DNA from: Polyangiales bacterium
GTDB taxonomy: Bacteria; Myxococcota_A; Polyangia; Polyangiales; JADJQN01
Length of the DNA: 64,000 nucleotides
Assembly (NCBI GenBank): GCA_964202905.1
Contig: CAXNJO010000005.1
Location: forward strand, 256,001-320,000
Direction: 5' to 3'
Shown here: positions 32,679 to 42,950 of the stretch, piece after piece
Position numbering within the stretch: the stretch's first letter is position 1
How the letters are laid out: every line of letters begins with the position of its first letter
Program-made: the position numbers and the translations under genes
Notes under the pieces: model-generated
What the model saw: only the letters and a program-made list of their open reading frames with translations
The model's database searches: none
Told to the model about the DNA's origin: nothing

Positions 32679-34169
32679 TCAGTGCCAGAAGCCGATGCCG
32701 ATGCCCCAATCGACGTAGCGCCGCGCGACGTCCCCGACGAGCGAGAGCCGCCACGCCGTCCCCGGAACGAGGCCGAAGAGATCCCACTCGAAGAGCCGCA
32801 CGTCGAGGCCCGCGGTGGCGTGCATGCGCCCCGCGACGCCCTCGAAGCGCGACGGCTCGAAGTATCCGCCGCCACGCAGCTTCAGGCGGTCGGGCCACGG
32901 CTCGATCTCGACGCCGAGACGCACGCTCGCCGTGACGCTGCGCCCCGAGGCGTCGGCCTGACCGCGCAGATAGCCCTCGATCCCGACGCCATCGCGCGTC
33001 GGACCGGTGACGACCAGTTCGCCGGTGAGCAGCACGTAACGCCTCGAAAGTACGCGCAAATCCGTCGCACGGCGCAGCGCTGCGTAGGCGATCTCTCGTT
33101 CGAACTCGGCGTCCTCGGCCTCGATGCGCGCGTCCTCCGCGGCGCGCCACGCGGCATCCGCGGGCACGTCGCCCGGCGCCCCACCCGCCGCGACCTCACG
33201 GACGAGCTGCGCGTTCGCGCGCTCGCTGCGTCGGCGCCGGTGCCGCTCCGCGAGCGCGTCGGCGGCGCGCCCCGGATCGACGAAGCGACGGTTGAGCGGG
33301 CGATCGCCGAGCTGCCACGCCACGCCGAGCTGCAGCTCCCAGGGCAGGTGCGCCGCGCGCGGCAGGGGGCGGGCGTCCGCGTCGGGCGCGCTGCCCGCCT
33401 CGGAGTCGACGGAAAGACCCGCGCGAAACGCCGCGCCGACGCGCCAGGGCTGCCCCGCGAGGCGCACGAGCGCGCCGATCTCGGGCGCCGTCCCCGAGAG
33501 CTGGAGCAGCGGGGTCGCGCCCGCGTCCACGGTGAACGAGGCCGTCCGCGCGCCGCCACCGACGACGACCTGCCCGTCGAGCAGTCCGTAGCCGAGCCCG
33601 TAGCTGCCGGTCGTCAGGCCGACCGAGATGTCGCGACCGCCGACGCGCGCGTCGTACACGAAGGAGCGCAGCAGAACGCCGAAGCCGAGCGCGCCGAACT
33701 GCAGCCCGACGCCGAAGTCGCCGTACAGGAAGTCCCGGTAGCCGACGCTCGCGTCGCCGTTGTTGTCGAAGTCGCCGCGCGCGGAGGTCGAGGGCAGCAG
33801 GATCCCCGCGGAGGCGTCCCACGCGAGCCAGTCCGTCTCCCAGAGTTCGCGGGAGGCGTAGGACGCCGGATTCCACGCGACGCCGGCGATGTCGGCGGCG
33901 ACGGCCGAGTACGCGCCGCCGAGCCCGATCATGCGGCTCGAGCCGAGCACGGGGCCGTTGTGCACGTCGATCTGGAAGCTGCCCGGCGCGAGCGCCTGCG
34001 CCGACGCGCGGCCCGCGACCCCGAGGACGCACAGCGTCGCCGCGAGGCGCACGACGACGCCGAGCACCGCCGCGACGCGCGGGAGCGCGGCAGACCACGC
34101 GACGGCCCGCGAGGCCGCGCGGGACCGCGCTCCGCAGGGCGTCCCGCGGGCGCAACCACCGCCGCGCAT
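32679..34169 (-). CDS. Putative outer-membrane beta-barrel protein (FadL-like)
   Basis: Signal ending ASAQ; RMIGLGGAYSAVAAD..WNPA; amphipathic strands; C-terminal WGIGIGFWH. Confidence 0.65.
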   Translation of the reverse strand: MRGGGCARGTPCGARSRAASRAVAWSAALPRVAAVLGVVVRLAATLCVLGVAGRASAQALAPGSFQIDVHNGPVLGSSRMIGLGGAYSAVAADIAGVAWNPASYASRELWETDWLAWDASAGILLPSTSARGDFDNNGDASVGYRDFLYGDFGVGLQFGALGFGVLLRSFVYDARVGGRDISVGLTTGSYGLGYGLLDGQVVVGGGARTASFTVDAGATPLLQLSGTAPEIGALVRLAGQPWRVGAAFRAGLSVDSEAGSAPDADARPLPRAAHLPWELQLGVAWQLGDRPLNRRFVDPGRAADALAERHRRRRSERANAQLVREVAAGGAPGDVPADAAWRAAEDARIEAEDAEFEREIAYAALRRATDLRVLSRRYVLLTGELVVTGPTRDGVGIEGYLRGQADASGRSVTASVRLGVEIEPWPDRLKLRGGGYFEPSRFEGVAGRMHATAGLDVRLFEWDLFGLVPGTAWRLSLVGDVARRYVDWGIGIGFWH

Positions 34170-34171
34170 CG

Positions 34172-35283
34172 TCAGCGACGGCGCGGGCGTCGAGCCGCGC
34201 GGCGAGCTCCGCCGCGAGGCCGCTCGCCTCGGGCGCCGCGAGCAACCCCTCGAGCCGGCGCGGATCCGTGACGGGCGCGGGCGCGGGCACCCGCAGGCGC
34301 AGCGCGAGCGAGCGGGCGGCGGCGTCGCGCAGCCGCGCGGCGAAGGTCGCGTCCGCCTCGGCGCGGCGGACGAGCGCCTCCTGCGCGACGAGCGCGCGCT
34401 CCGGCTCCGAGCAGACCAGCAGCGCGTCGCAGCCCGCGGCGATGGCGAGGCAGGCGGCGTCGCCCGTCTCGTAGTGGTCGGCGACGGCCTTCATCTCGAG
34501 GTCGTCGCTGACGATGAGGCCGTCGTAGCCGAGCTCGCCGCGCAGCAGCCCCGTGATGACGCGCGGCGAGAGCGTCGCGGGCACGTCGGCGTCGAGGGCG
34601 TCGAAGACGACGTGCGCCGTCATGAGCGAAGGCACGCGTCCACGCGCGGCGCGGAAGGGCGCGAGCTCCACGGCGTCGAGGCGCGCGCGGTCGTGCGCGA
34701 GCCGCGGGAGCGCGAGGTGGGAGTCGAGGTGCGTGTCGCCGTGCCCCGGGAAGTGCTTGCCGCACGAGAGCACGTGCGCGTCGAGCAGCCCGTCCGAGAA
34801 GGCGAGCGCGTACGCGATCACGCTCGCCGCGTCGCGCCCGAACGCGCGGTCGCCGATGACCGGATTCGCCGGGTTCGTGTCGATGTCGAGCACCGGCGCG
34901 AAGTCCATCGTGAAGCCGAGCGCGCGGAGCTGCGCGCCGAGCGCCGCGGCCGCCCGCCGCACGAGCCCCGCGTCGCCGAGCGCCGCGAGCCGCTGCATCG
35001 CCGGCAGCGGCAGCACCGGCGCCTTCAGCCGCGCGACCCGCCCGCCCTCCTGGTCGACGGCGACGAGCAGCGGCCGCGACGCCGGGACGTCCGCGACGAG
35101 CTCCGCGTTGAGGGCCGCGACCTCGGCCGGCCCACCGAGGTTGCGCTTGAACAGGATGTAGCCGCCGAGCGCACCGGCCCGCGCGAGCGCGCGGAGCGCA
35201 GGCGACGGGCCATCGGCGGGGAAGCCGACGATGAGCACCTGGCCGGCACACGTGGGGAGATCGAGGTCGCTGGAGGGCGTCAC
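34172..35283 (-). CDS. nagZ: Beta-N-acetylhexosaminidase (GH3)
   Basis: GGYILFKRN, VDQEGGRVAR, KHFPGHGDT..DSH, MTAHV and SDDLEM. The true end is inferred at the off-frame TGA next to the following gene. Confidence 0.9.
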
Positions 35284-35425
35284 GGCGCGCGAGGGTAGAC
35301 GAGCGGATCGCGCAGGTCACGGGCGCGCAACGGGGGCCGTGGCCCCCACCCGATGGGTTGCCCCCCCCGCCCCGGGTTGCTACACGTCGCCGAGCCTCGG
35401 CGATCCCGCGCGCGGCCCTTCCTCC

Positions 35426-37120
35426 ATGGAGCCTGCCATCCCCGATCTGGACGAGGCGACGCCGCCACGCGCTGCGGACGAGCGCCCGACCCGCGCGGAG
35501 CGGCCATCCCCCACCCGCGACCCCGAGTCACCCCGCCGCGAGCGCGGAGGTGCCCCGCGCCCCGCGGTCCATGCGCACCCGATCGACGTCGACCGCATCG
35601 ACCCGGACGCGGTGAAGGTGCTCCGGCGCCTCACCCGCGCGGGTTACACGGCCTACCTCGTCGGCGGCGGCGTGCGGGACCTGCTGCTCGACCGCAGCCC
35701 CAAGGACTTCGACATCGCGACGAGCGCGCGGCCGAACGAGGTCCGCAACCTCTTCCGGAACTGCCGCATCATCGGGCGGCGCTTCCGCCTCGCGCACATC
35801 CTCTTCGCGGGCGGCAAGGTCATCGAGACGGCCACCTTCCGCAAGGATCCGACCGAGGCCCTCGACCTCGCCGAGGACGCGGCGCGCGAAGAGTCCGGGA
35901 TCGACGAGCCCTCCGACGCGGCGCGCGGCGAGTCCGGGCACCCGCTCGACGGCACGGCGCTCGTGCCACGCCGCAAGAAGCGCGGTGACGACGCCGATCT
36001 CCTCATCCGGCACGACAACGTCTTCGGCGAGCCTCACGAGGACGCGATCCGCCGCGACTTCACGATCAACGGCCTCTTCTACGACCTCGATCGCGAAGAG
36101 GTCATCGACTACGTCGGCGGCATGGCCGACCTCGAGCGCCGCGTCGTGCGCACGATCGGCGAGCCCGACGTCCGCTTCCGCGAAGACCCGATCCGCATGC
36201 TGCGCGCCATCAAGTTCGGCGCGCGCTGCGATCTCGGCCTCGCCCCCGAGGTCTACGACGCCATCATCGACAACCGGCAGGAGCTCGGGAAGAGCGCCCC
36301 GCCACGCGTGCTCGAGGAGGTGCTCCGGCTGATGCGCGGAGGCGCGGCGCACCGCTCGATCTGGCTCGCCTGGGACACCGGACTGCTGCACGTCGTGCTG
36401 CCGGAGCTGGCCGCGTACCTCGACGATCAGGGCGCGGGCACCGAGGCGCTCTTCGGGCGGCTCCGCGCCATCGACGCGCGCACGCGGGATCACGGCGTGC
36501 CGAGCGACGCCGTGCTCCTGGCCGCGCTGCTGTTCGAGCCGGCCGACGAGGCGATGGAGGGCGAGACGGACCTCGTGACCGCCTACGACGACTTCGTCGC
36601 CACGCCGGCCGAGCGCCTCGCGATCCCACGACGCCTGCGCGACCGGATGCGCCTCGTGATGCTCGCGCAGCGGCGGCTCCGCACGGGGCGGCACGCCTCG
36701 GTGATGCGCCGCGACTTCTTCCCGGAGGCGGCGATGCTCTTCGCGCTCGACCGCGCCGGGCGCGGCGAGGCGGTGCCGGAGTGGGCGGCGCGCGCATGCG
36801 ACGTCGCGCCGAGCGGCCCGGCGGCCCCAGACGACCCGCGCGCGGAACCCCGCGACGGCCGTCGAGGCGGAAGCGGAGAGCGCGACGAGCGGCGCCCGGC
36901 TCCGCGTCACGAGCGCCTCGAGCGCGCGGCGCGCGCCCCCTTCGTCGCGGGGGACGCCTTCGCGGACGCGCCGTTCAGCGATGTCCTCGTGCCGCCCGAG
37001 CCGACGCCGACGCGCGCGCGGCCGGGGACCGAGGGGCCCGGCGCGCCGGGCGGGAGCGCGCAGGATGCGCCGGCGAGCGACGACGCGCGGCGCCGTCCCC
37101 GACGCCGCCGCCGGGGCTGA
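35426..37120 (+). CDS. pcnB: Poly(A) polymerase I
   Basis: VGGGVRD, KDFDIAT, PAP signature IIGRRFRLAHILF, RRDFTIN, EDPIRMLRA and Arg-rich C-tail. Confidence 0.9.
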   Translation: MEPAIPDLDEATPPRAADERPTRAERPSPTRDPESPRRERGGAPRPAVHAHPIDVDRIDPDAVKVLRRLTRAGYTAYLVGGGVRDLLLDRSPKDFDIATSARPNEVRNLFRNCRIIGRRFRLAHILFAGGKVIETATFRKDPTEALDLAEDAAREESGIDEPSDAARGESGHPLDGTALVPRRKKRGDDADLLIRHDNVFGEPHEDAIRRDFTINGLFYDLDREEVIDYVGGMADLERRVVRTIGEPDVRFREDPIRMLRAIKFGARCDLGLAPEVYDAIIDNRQELGKSAPPRVLEEVLRLMRGGAAHRSIWLAWDTGLLHVVLPELAAYLDDQGAGTEALFGRLRAIDARTRDHGVPSDAVLLAALLFEPADEAMEGETDLVTAYDDFVATPAERLAIPRRLRDRMRLVMLAQRRLRTGRHASVMRRDFFPEAAMLFALDRAGRGEAVPEWAARACDVAPSGPAAPDDPRAEPRDGRRGGSGERDERRPAPRHERLERAARAPFVAGDAFADAPFSDVLVPPEPTPTRARPGTEGPGAPGGSAQDAPASDDARRRPRRRRRG

Positions 37121-37149
37121 CACGGCCGCGCGCGGCGCGGCGCGCGCCG

Positions 37150-39382
37150 GGCGGTGCGCTCGGCCGGCGCGGGGCGCTTCGGACAACCGCGCGCGTCGCT
37201 GCGCTCTGGCTCTGCGTCGGCCTCAGCCTGTGGACGGCCACGCCTGCCGACGCGCAGCGCGCCCCGTCGCCGCGCGTGCTCCGCGCTGCGCTCACGCGGC
37301 CGCCCACGTCGGGATCGCGCGCGTCACCGCACGCGCTGCCGCAGCGCTGGCCGCGTGCGCCCCTCGGCGGGCCGGCGCCGGTGACCGGCGACCCGCTCGC
37401 GATGTCGTTGCTGCGGCTGCCGTCGCTGCCCGCGGACGCGGGGCGCGGCGCGACGGTGTGCGTCATCGACACGGGGCTCGACCTCACGCACGCCGCGCTG
37501 CGCACCCCGGAGGGCGGGACCCGCGTGCGCGCCCTGCTCGATCTCGACGCGCCGCCACGCAGCGCGGCCGGGGCGGCCCTCGACCCCGCGACCCGCGTGC
37601 TCGAGGCGCGCTTCGGGGCCGCGGTCTGGGACCGCGCCGCCCTCGACGCCGCGCTGCTGACGGGCGACGACGCCGCGCTCCCCCGCGACGCGTACGGACA
37701 CGGCACGGCCGCCGCCGCGCTCGCCGCCGGGGCGGGCGTCGGCCTCGCGCCGGGCGCCGAGATCGTCGTCGTGCGCGCCCTACGCCGCGGGGTGCCCGGC
37801 TTCCTCGACGAAGACATCGTCGCCGGCGCGGCGTTCTGCGCGGAGGCCGCCGCGGATCCGGCGCGCACGGTCGTGCTGCTCGCGCTCGGCGGACACGACG
37901 GCGCGCACGACGGCACCGAGCCCGTCGAGCGCGCGCTCGCCGCGCACCCGGGGCTCGTCGTCGCCGCCGCGGGCAACGACGGCGACGCGGCCGTTCACGC
38001 GCGCGCCGCGCTCGACGGCGGCGACATCCGCATCGCGTTGCGCATCCCGGACCCCGCCGCCGACGCCGCGGGCGAGGCGTACGTCGCGCTCGTGGTCACG
38101 CTCGCGGACGCGCCCGACGCGGGCCTCGCGGTCGCGCTCGAGGCGCCCGACGGCACCCTGACCGCGTGGAGCGACACCGCCTCCGTCACCACCACGGACG
38201 CCCCCGGCGCGCGGCTCGCGCTCGAGGCCGCCGAGACAGCCCGTCCCGATGGGGCGCGCGTCGTCTACGCCGTGATCGCGGGCGGCGGCGACGTGCCCAC
38301 GCCGCTCGAGGGCGGCGCCTACGCGCTGCGCGTCCGGGGCCGCGGGCAGATGGAGGCGTGGATCGCGGGCGCCTCGCTGCCGGGCGCCCTCTTCGCGCCG
38401 CGCCTCGCGGGGCCGTACGTCGACGCGGGCTCGACGGTCACCATCCCCGGCACGAGCCCCGACGTGCTCACCGTCGGCGCGGTCGCCGCGCGGGTGGCGC
38501 TCGGCGAGCTGCGGCGCGCGGGCGACACGACCGGCGCGCCCGCCTCGTTCACCTCGCACGGCCCGACGCGCAGCGGCGCGCCGAAGCCCGACGTCGCCGC
38601 ACCCGGCACCTTCGTCGTCACCGCGCTCTCGCGCGACGTCCGCGCCGGCGAGCCCAACCTGCTCGGCGGCTCGGCGGCGGCCCTCGAGGCGCGGCGCGTC
38701 GGCCCCGCGCACGTCGCGCTCGACGGCTCGTCGTGGAGCGCGGCCCTCGCCGCCGGCGCGCTCGCCGTCGCCCTCGCCGAGCACGCCGTCACGCGGCGCG
38801 GACGACCGCGCGCTCTTCGCCGCGACCGCCGCGCCCATCGCGGAGGCCGCGTGGGATCCGCGGGCGGGCGCCGGCGTGGTGGACGTCGCGCGCTTCCTCG
38901 CCGCCCGCCGCGCCGCCCTCTCCGCCGATGCGTCCGACGCGCCGATCGACCCGCGGGCGAGCCGCGCCGCGCTCACGCGCGCCCTCGCGCTCCCCGGCGC
39001 CGACGACGTGCACGTCGTCGCCCGCGTGCTCGACGTGGACGGCGCGCCCCTCCGCGCGGGGCAGATCACCCTCTCGCGCGACGGCGTGGACGTCCTCACC
39101 CTCCCCCTCCGCGACGGCCTCGCGTCCGGCCCGCTTCCCCCGGAGACGCTCCAGCGGGGCGCGCTCACCTTCGACGTGCGCGCCAACGGCGTCCCGCTCG
39201 CTCCGCTCGTCCTCCGCGTCGGCCTGCCCCTCTCCGGCGCACCCGCGCCCGACCTGAACTGCGCGCTCGCCCCCGGGCCGCGCCGCGCAGGACCTCCCGC
39301 CGCCCACCTCGGCCTCCTGGTCGCCGCGCTCGCCGCCGGCGCCCTCCGTCGCCCGCGCGGACGCCCGCAGCCTCGCGGGTGA
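37150..39382 (+). CDS. S8 subtilisin-like serine peptidase with MYXO-CTERM-like tail (+1 frameshift near 38785; start uncertain)
   Basis: VIDTG, YGHGTA, AAGND, KPDVAAPG and DGSSWSAA. Continuation WDPRAGAGVVDV in the next frame ends in C..LGLLVAALAAGALRRPR. Confidence 0.75.
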
Positions 39383-39427
39383 CCATTTGCGTCACCGCCT
39401 CCTGGACTGGTGACGAAATCCGTCACC
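39378..39427. promoter_or_regulatory. Two GGTGAC-N7-GTCACC palindromes; putative enhancer sites for a sigma-54 activator
   Basis: GGTGACcatttgcGTCACC at 39378-39396 and GGTGACgaaatccGTCACC at 39409-39427, 31 bp apart. Confidence 0.65.
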
Positions 39428-39546
39428 CCGGGCGCGCTGCCCGCCCTGCGACGCCGACCGCGCCGCCGGGCGGATCAACCGCGAAACAGCCCTCGCCCGC
39501 GCGCGGAAGGCCTCGGCACGGAATCTGGACGACGGCATCCCATCGA

Positions 39547-39562
39547 TGGCACAAGACGTGCT
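39547..39562 (+). promoter_or_regulatory. Sigma-54 (-24/-12) promoter of pilA
   Basis: TGGCACaagacGTGCT with exact GG-N10-GC spacing, about 50 bp before the AGGAG RBS and ATG. Confidence 0.8.
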
Positions 39563-39613
39563 CCGGGGGCGTCGCGTCGCAGGGCGTACCGTCGGCACAA
39601 GGAGACCTATCTC

Positions 39614-40171
39614 ATGATGACCAAGCTGATCCAGAAGAAGAAGGCGGGCTTCACGCTCATCGAGCTCATGATCGTCGTCGCCATCATCGGCATCCTCGCC
39701 GCGATCGCGATCCCGGCCTTCATCGGCTACGTCAAGCGCGCGAAGACCTCCGAGGCGACCGGCAACCTCAACTCGATCTTCAAGTCCGCCACCAGCTACT
39801 ACAACGTCGAGCGCACGGGCCAGGGCATCACCGCCACCACCCAGAACGCCTGCACCATCGGCACCGCGGCGCTGAAGCCCGTGACGCCGGGCGCCGCGAA
39901 GCAGCAGTACAACTTCGCGACCGCGACGGACCCCGAGTTCAACGCGATCGGCTTCTCCGTGTCGGACTACATCTACTACGGCTACGGCCTCGTCAGCGGC
40001 GGTGGCGCGTGCGCGAACACCGCGAGCGACACCACCATCTACACCATCTACGCGCAGGGCAACCTCGACGGCGACGCCGTGAACTCGACCTTCGAGCTCT
40101 CGGTCGGCACGGACGCGAACAACGAGCTGTTCCACGCCCGCGGCTACTACATCGTCAACGAGATCGAGTGA
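39614..40171 (+). CDS. pilA: Type IV major pilin
   Basis: KKKAG/FTLIELMIVVAIIGILAAIAIP prepilin motif; C-terminal AQGNLDGD; RBS; strongly biased codon usage. Confidence 0.93.
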   Translation: MMTKLIQKKKAGFTLIELMIVVAIIGILAAIAIPAFIGYVKRAKTSEATGNLNSIFKSATSYYNVERTGQGITATTQNACTIGTAALKPVTPGAAKQQYNFATATDPEFNAIGFSVSDYIYYGYGLVSGGGACANTASDTTIYTIYAQGNLDGDAVNSTFELSVGTDANNELFHARGYYIVNEIE

Positions 40172-40216
40172 GCTCGCCGCTGCCCGCACGGGCAGCGCAG
40201 GCGACTCGCCTCACGG

Positions 40217-40253
40217 GCCCTCGGCGCGCAACGCGTCGGGGGCTTCGTCTTTT
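40217..40253 (+). terminator. Rho-independent terminator after pilA
   Basis: gccctcggcgcg-caa-cgcgtcgggggc stem followed by ttcgtctttt; an additional hairpin lies at 40178-40197. Confidence 0.65.
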
Positions 40254-40396
40254 CGGGGCCCGACGCCAGAGCCCGACGCCAGAGCCCGACGCCGGGGAAG
40301 GCGCCCTCGCAAGGAGCGTGAACCCTCCGCCCCCGAGGCCGCCTGCGCGCGACGCGCCCACGGGCTGCCCGCAGCGCTCGACCCCGTCGCGAGACG

Positions 40397-41833
40397 TCAG
40401 GGGGCGGCGGCCCGATCGACGACCAGCTCGCAGGCGCGCTCGTTGACGTCCACGGAGTCCGCGTCCGGCAGGCGCGGGCCGAGGTTGGTCACCGCGAGCA
40501 GCACGTGGTCGGTGTGCGCGCGCAGCTCGAGCACGAGGTAGCTGCGCGGCAGGCGACGCGGGGGCGCCGACATCTGCGAGAGGACGCGACCTTCCGCGTC
40601 GAGCCGCACGGCGACGAGTGACCAGCGCGTCCCGTACTCGCCGCGGAGCCAGACGCGCAAGCTCGCTTCCAACGGGGCGTCGCGCGTGTCGAGGACGACG
40701 TAGCCGGAGCCGAAGGCGCGGATCGCGGGGTTGTCGAGGCGCGCGCGACGGGGGAGCGACGCCCAGGGATACGGGCCGGCGTGCGGGGGCGGGGCGAGGC
40801 GGGGGATCGCGCGGAGCGCGGCGGAGCTGGCCGCCGGGGTGCCGGCCAGCCAGCGCGTGAGCGCGACCGTCTCGAGCACGTCGTCGAGGGTCTCGGTGTC
40901 CTCGGGGAACATCGCGCGCGACACCTGGAAGAGGTCCGGCGCGCCGCGGAGATCGAATCCCTCCCAGGTGCGCTGCCGCGCGAATTCCCAGGCGCCGCGG
41001 ACGAAGCGGCCCGTACCGCCGCTGTGGTACGCGTCGAGGAGCGCGAGCCACGCGGCCCCGCCCGCCCCGCTCAGCGGGCGCCCGTCGTCCGTCGCGCCAT
41101 CCTCGCCGAGGTGCGCGGCGCGGTCGGGGATCGGCGCGCGCCCGGGCGCCGCCATCGCGCGGGCGACCTCGTCCTCGTCGCATCCGAAACGCCCCGTGAC
41201 CATCCACGCGAGCCACGCGCTCGTGGCGTGGCGCCACTGCGGAGCTTCGGCGGGGTCGGCCGTGAGGAGGGCGGCCTCCGCGTAGGCCTGCGTGACACAC
41301 GCCGGCAGGAGGTCGGGGTCGACGTCCGGATCGACGATCGCGTGCGCGGCGACGGAATCCTCGAAGGAGAAGGGAACGTCGCCGTCGACGCGCGCCACGA
41401 GCGCGGCGCCCTCGAGGTCGGCGAGGTAGAGGTCGAAGCCCGCCGTACCGCCGCGCCCGCCATCCGGCGCCGGCGCCGCCCAGCCCGTGACACGCAGCAG
41501 GTCGGCCGCGGTCTCGAGCGCCTCGAGCGCCGCGACGCCGAGCGGGGCGCGCGCCGCGCGCAGATCGACGTGCACGGAGAGCGGGCGGAGGGGGCTGTCG
41601 AGCCGGAGCAGCGCGCCGACCGGGCGCGGCACAGGCACCGGACGTGGCACGCGCTGCCCCGCCCAGCGCGTGTTGGTCGAAGCGGCGAGCAGGTCGGCGA
41701 CGGCGTCGATCGCCGACCCTGTCGCGGGGACGCCCGCGGTCGTCTGCGCGCGCACGGGGACGCTCACCGTGACCGCCGCGAGCAGAAAGACGGACCGAAA
41801 AAGACGCGCGCGCACGAGGCGCTCATTTGACAC
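40397..41833 (-). CDS. Hypothetical secreted protein (possible degenerate metallopeptidase fold)
   Basis: Signal ending VRAQ; PAPDGGRGGTAGFDLYL motif; no HExxH. Start inferred. Confidence 0.6.
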   Translation of the reverse strand: MSNERLVRARLFRSVFLLAAVTVSVPVRAQTTAGVPATGSAIDAVADLLAASTNTRWAGQRVPRPVPVPRPVGALLRLDSPLRPLSVHVDLRAARAPLGVAALEALETAADLLRVTGWAAPAPDGGRGGTAGFDLYLADLEGAALVARVDGDVPFSFEDSVAAHAIVDPDVDPDLLPACVTQAYAEAALLTADPAEAPQWRHATSAWLAWMVTGRFGCDEDEVARAMAAPGRAPIPDRAAHLGEDGATDDGRPLSGAGGAAWLALLDAYHSGGTGRFVRGAWEFARQRTWEGFDLRGAPDLFQVSRAMFPEDTETLDDVLETVALTRWLAGTPAASSAALRAIPRLAPPPHAGPYPWASLPRRARLDNPAIRAFGSGYVVLDTRDAPLEASLRVWLRGEYGTRWSLVAVRLDAEGRVLSQMSAPPRRLPRSYLVLELRAHTDHVLLAVTNLGPRLPDADSVDVNERACELVVDRAAAP

Positions 41834-41867
41834 GAAGGGCCGCGACCTTCTACACACGGGGACGCCA

Positions 41868-42416
41868 ATGGACGAACCGCGCTTCGACCCCGGTGGGTTC
41901 TGGGAGTTCCACCTGAGCGGCGGCGCCGTCCGCACCCGCAACGGTCGTCGCGTCGTCGCGCTCCCGGAGGACGTCGCGGCGACGCTGCTGCGGCTCGCGC
42001 TCGCCCAGGGCGACGAGACGCTGCTCGCGCGCATCGGGGCGGCGCTCGGCGAGGAGGCCGCGGCGACGCTCGAGGGCGACCCCGGCGCGCGCTCCCCGGA
42101 GACGGTCCTCGGCCACGTGAAGAGCGTGGTCGCGCTGTTCGGGTTGGGGCGCCTCGCGCTCGAACAGTGGGGCCACGTGCTCGTCGCGACCCTCGACGGC
42201 GCGCCGCCGCTGCCGCCGGACGCGCTCGCGGCGCTGCTCGGCGGCCTCTTCGCGGCGCTCGGCGGGCGCGACGCGCGCTGCGTGGCGACGCGCGAAGGGC
42301 GCTTCGTCGTCGTCCACGCGGAGGCCGCCGCCGCGGTGCGAAGCTGGGCGGCCGAAGGCGCCGAACCGGGCGTCATCGCCACGCGCCTCGGCCCCGCGTC
42401 GGAGGCCGCGTCGTGA
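41868..42416 (+). CDS. Hypothetical protein, V4R/L-shaped-domain-like
   Basis: RVVALPED..IGAALG..LFGLGRL..LLGGLFAAL.GR..RCV pattern; first gene of a coupled operon. Confidence 0.6.
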   Translation: MDEPRFDPGGFWEFHLSGGAVRTRNGRRVVALPEDVAATLLRLALAQGDETLLARIGAALGEEAAATLEGDPGARSPETVLGHVKSVVALFGLGRLALEQWGHVLVATLDGAPPLPPDALAALLGGLFAALGGRDARCVATREGRFVVVHAEAAAAVRSWAAEGAEPGVIATRLGPASEAAS

Positions 42417-42943
42417 CGGCCACGGCCCGCCTCGAAGCGCTGCTGGCCCGCGTGCAGGCGAACCGCGCGAAGCCCCGCCCACAGCGCGACGCCCTGCCAG
42501 CCGCAACAGCAGCAGCTCCCGCGCCCGCGCACCTCGAGCCCATCCCCTCGACTTCATTCGATGTTTCGCCGATCGCGAGCCCGCACGACACGCTCCACGG
42601 CATGCCGGCGCCCGCAGCGCCGCTGCATGCGCCGCACGCCTCGGCGCCGCCGATCCCCGTCGAGCCCGTCCCCGCGGACGCCCACGAAGAGCCACGCCTC
42701 GCCGTCGAGCCCGTCCCCGCGGACGCCCACGAAGAGCCTCTCCTCGCCGTCGAGCCGACCCCGTTCGAGCTCCCCACGCCGGCATCCGTCGAGGCGCCCG
42801 CCCCCGTCGCCGCGCGCCTCCAGCCGGAGGCGATCAGCCCGCCGAGCGAGCCCATCGCGCGCCTCACCGCCCTCCTGCCCGAGCCCGAGCCGGCGACCTT
42901 CGGCGGCCTGCTGCGCCGCACGCTCGCGCTGCGCCCGCGCTGA
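42413..42943 (+). CDS. Hypothetical Pro-rich protein
   Basis: GTGA overlap; conserved-looking ends (RLEALLARVQANR, TFGGLLRRTLALRPR) around a low-complexity linker. Confidence 0.65.
   Translation: MTATARLEALLARVQANRAKPRPQRDALPAATAAAPAPAHLEPIPSTSFDVSPIASPHDTLHGMPAPAAPLHAPHASAPPIPVEPVPADAHEEPRLAVEPVPADAHEEPLLAVEPTPFELPTPASVEAPAPVAARLQPEAISPPSEPIARLTALLPEPEPATFGGLLRRTLALRPR
42657..42757 (+). repeat. 45-bp in-frame tandem repeat (~2.2 copies; VEPVPADAHEEPxLA)
   Basis: ccgtcgagcccgtccccgcggacgcccacgaagagcc occurs twice, followed by a partial third copy. Confidence 0.85.
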
Positions 42944-42950
42944 GAACCCC

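Noticed and set aside
33196..35283. NagZ with a ~325-aa C-terminal extension
   Set aside because: The extension is low-complexity read-through over the next gene in another frame, and an off-frame TGA sits at the expected end.
36781..40446. 1221-aa protease-pilin fusion
   Set aside because: This is an artifact of the frameshift near 38785. pilA has its own frame, promoter and RBS.
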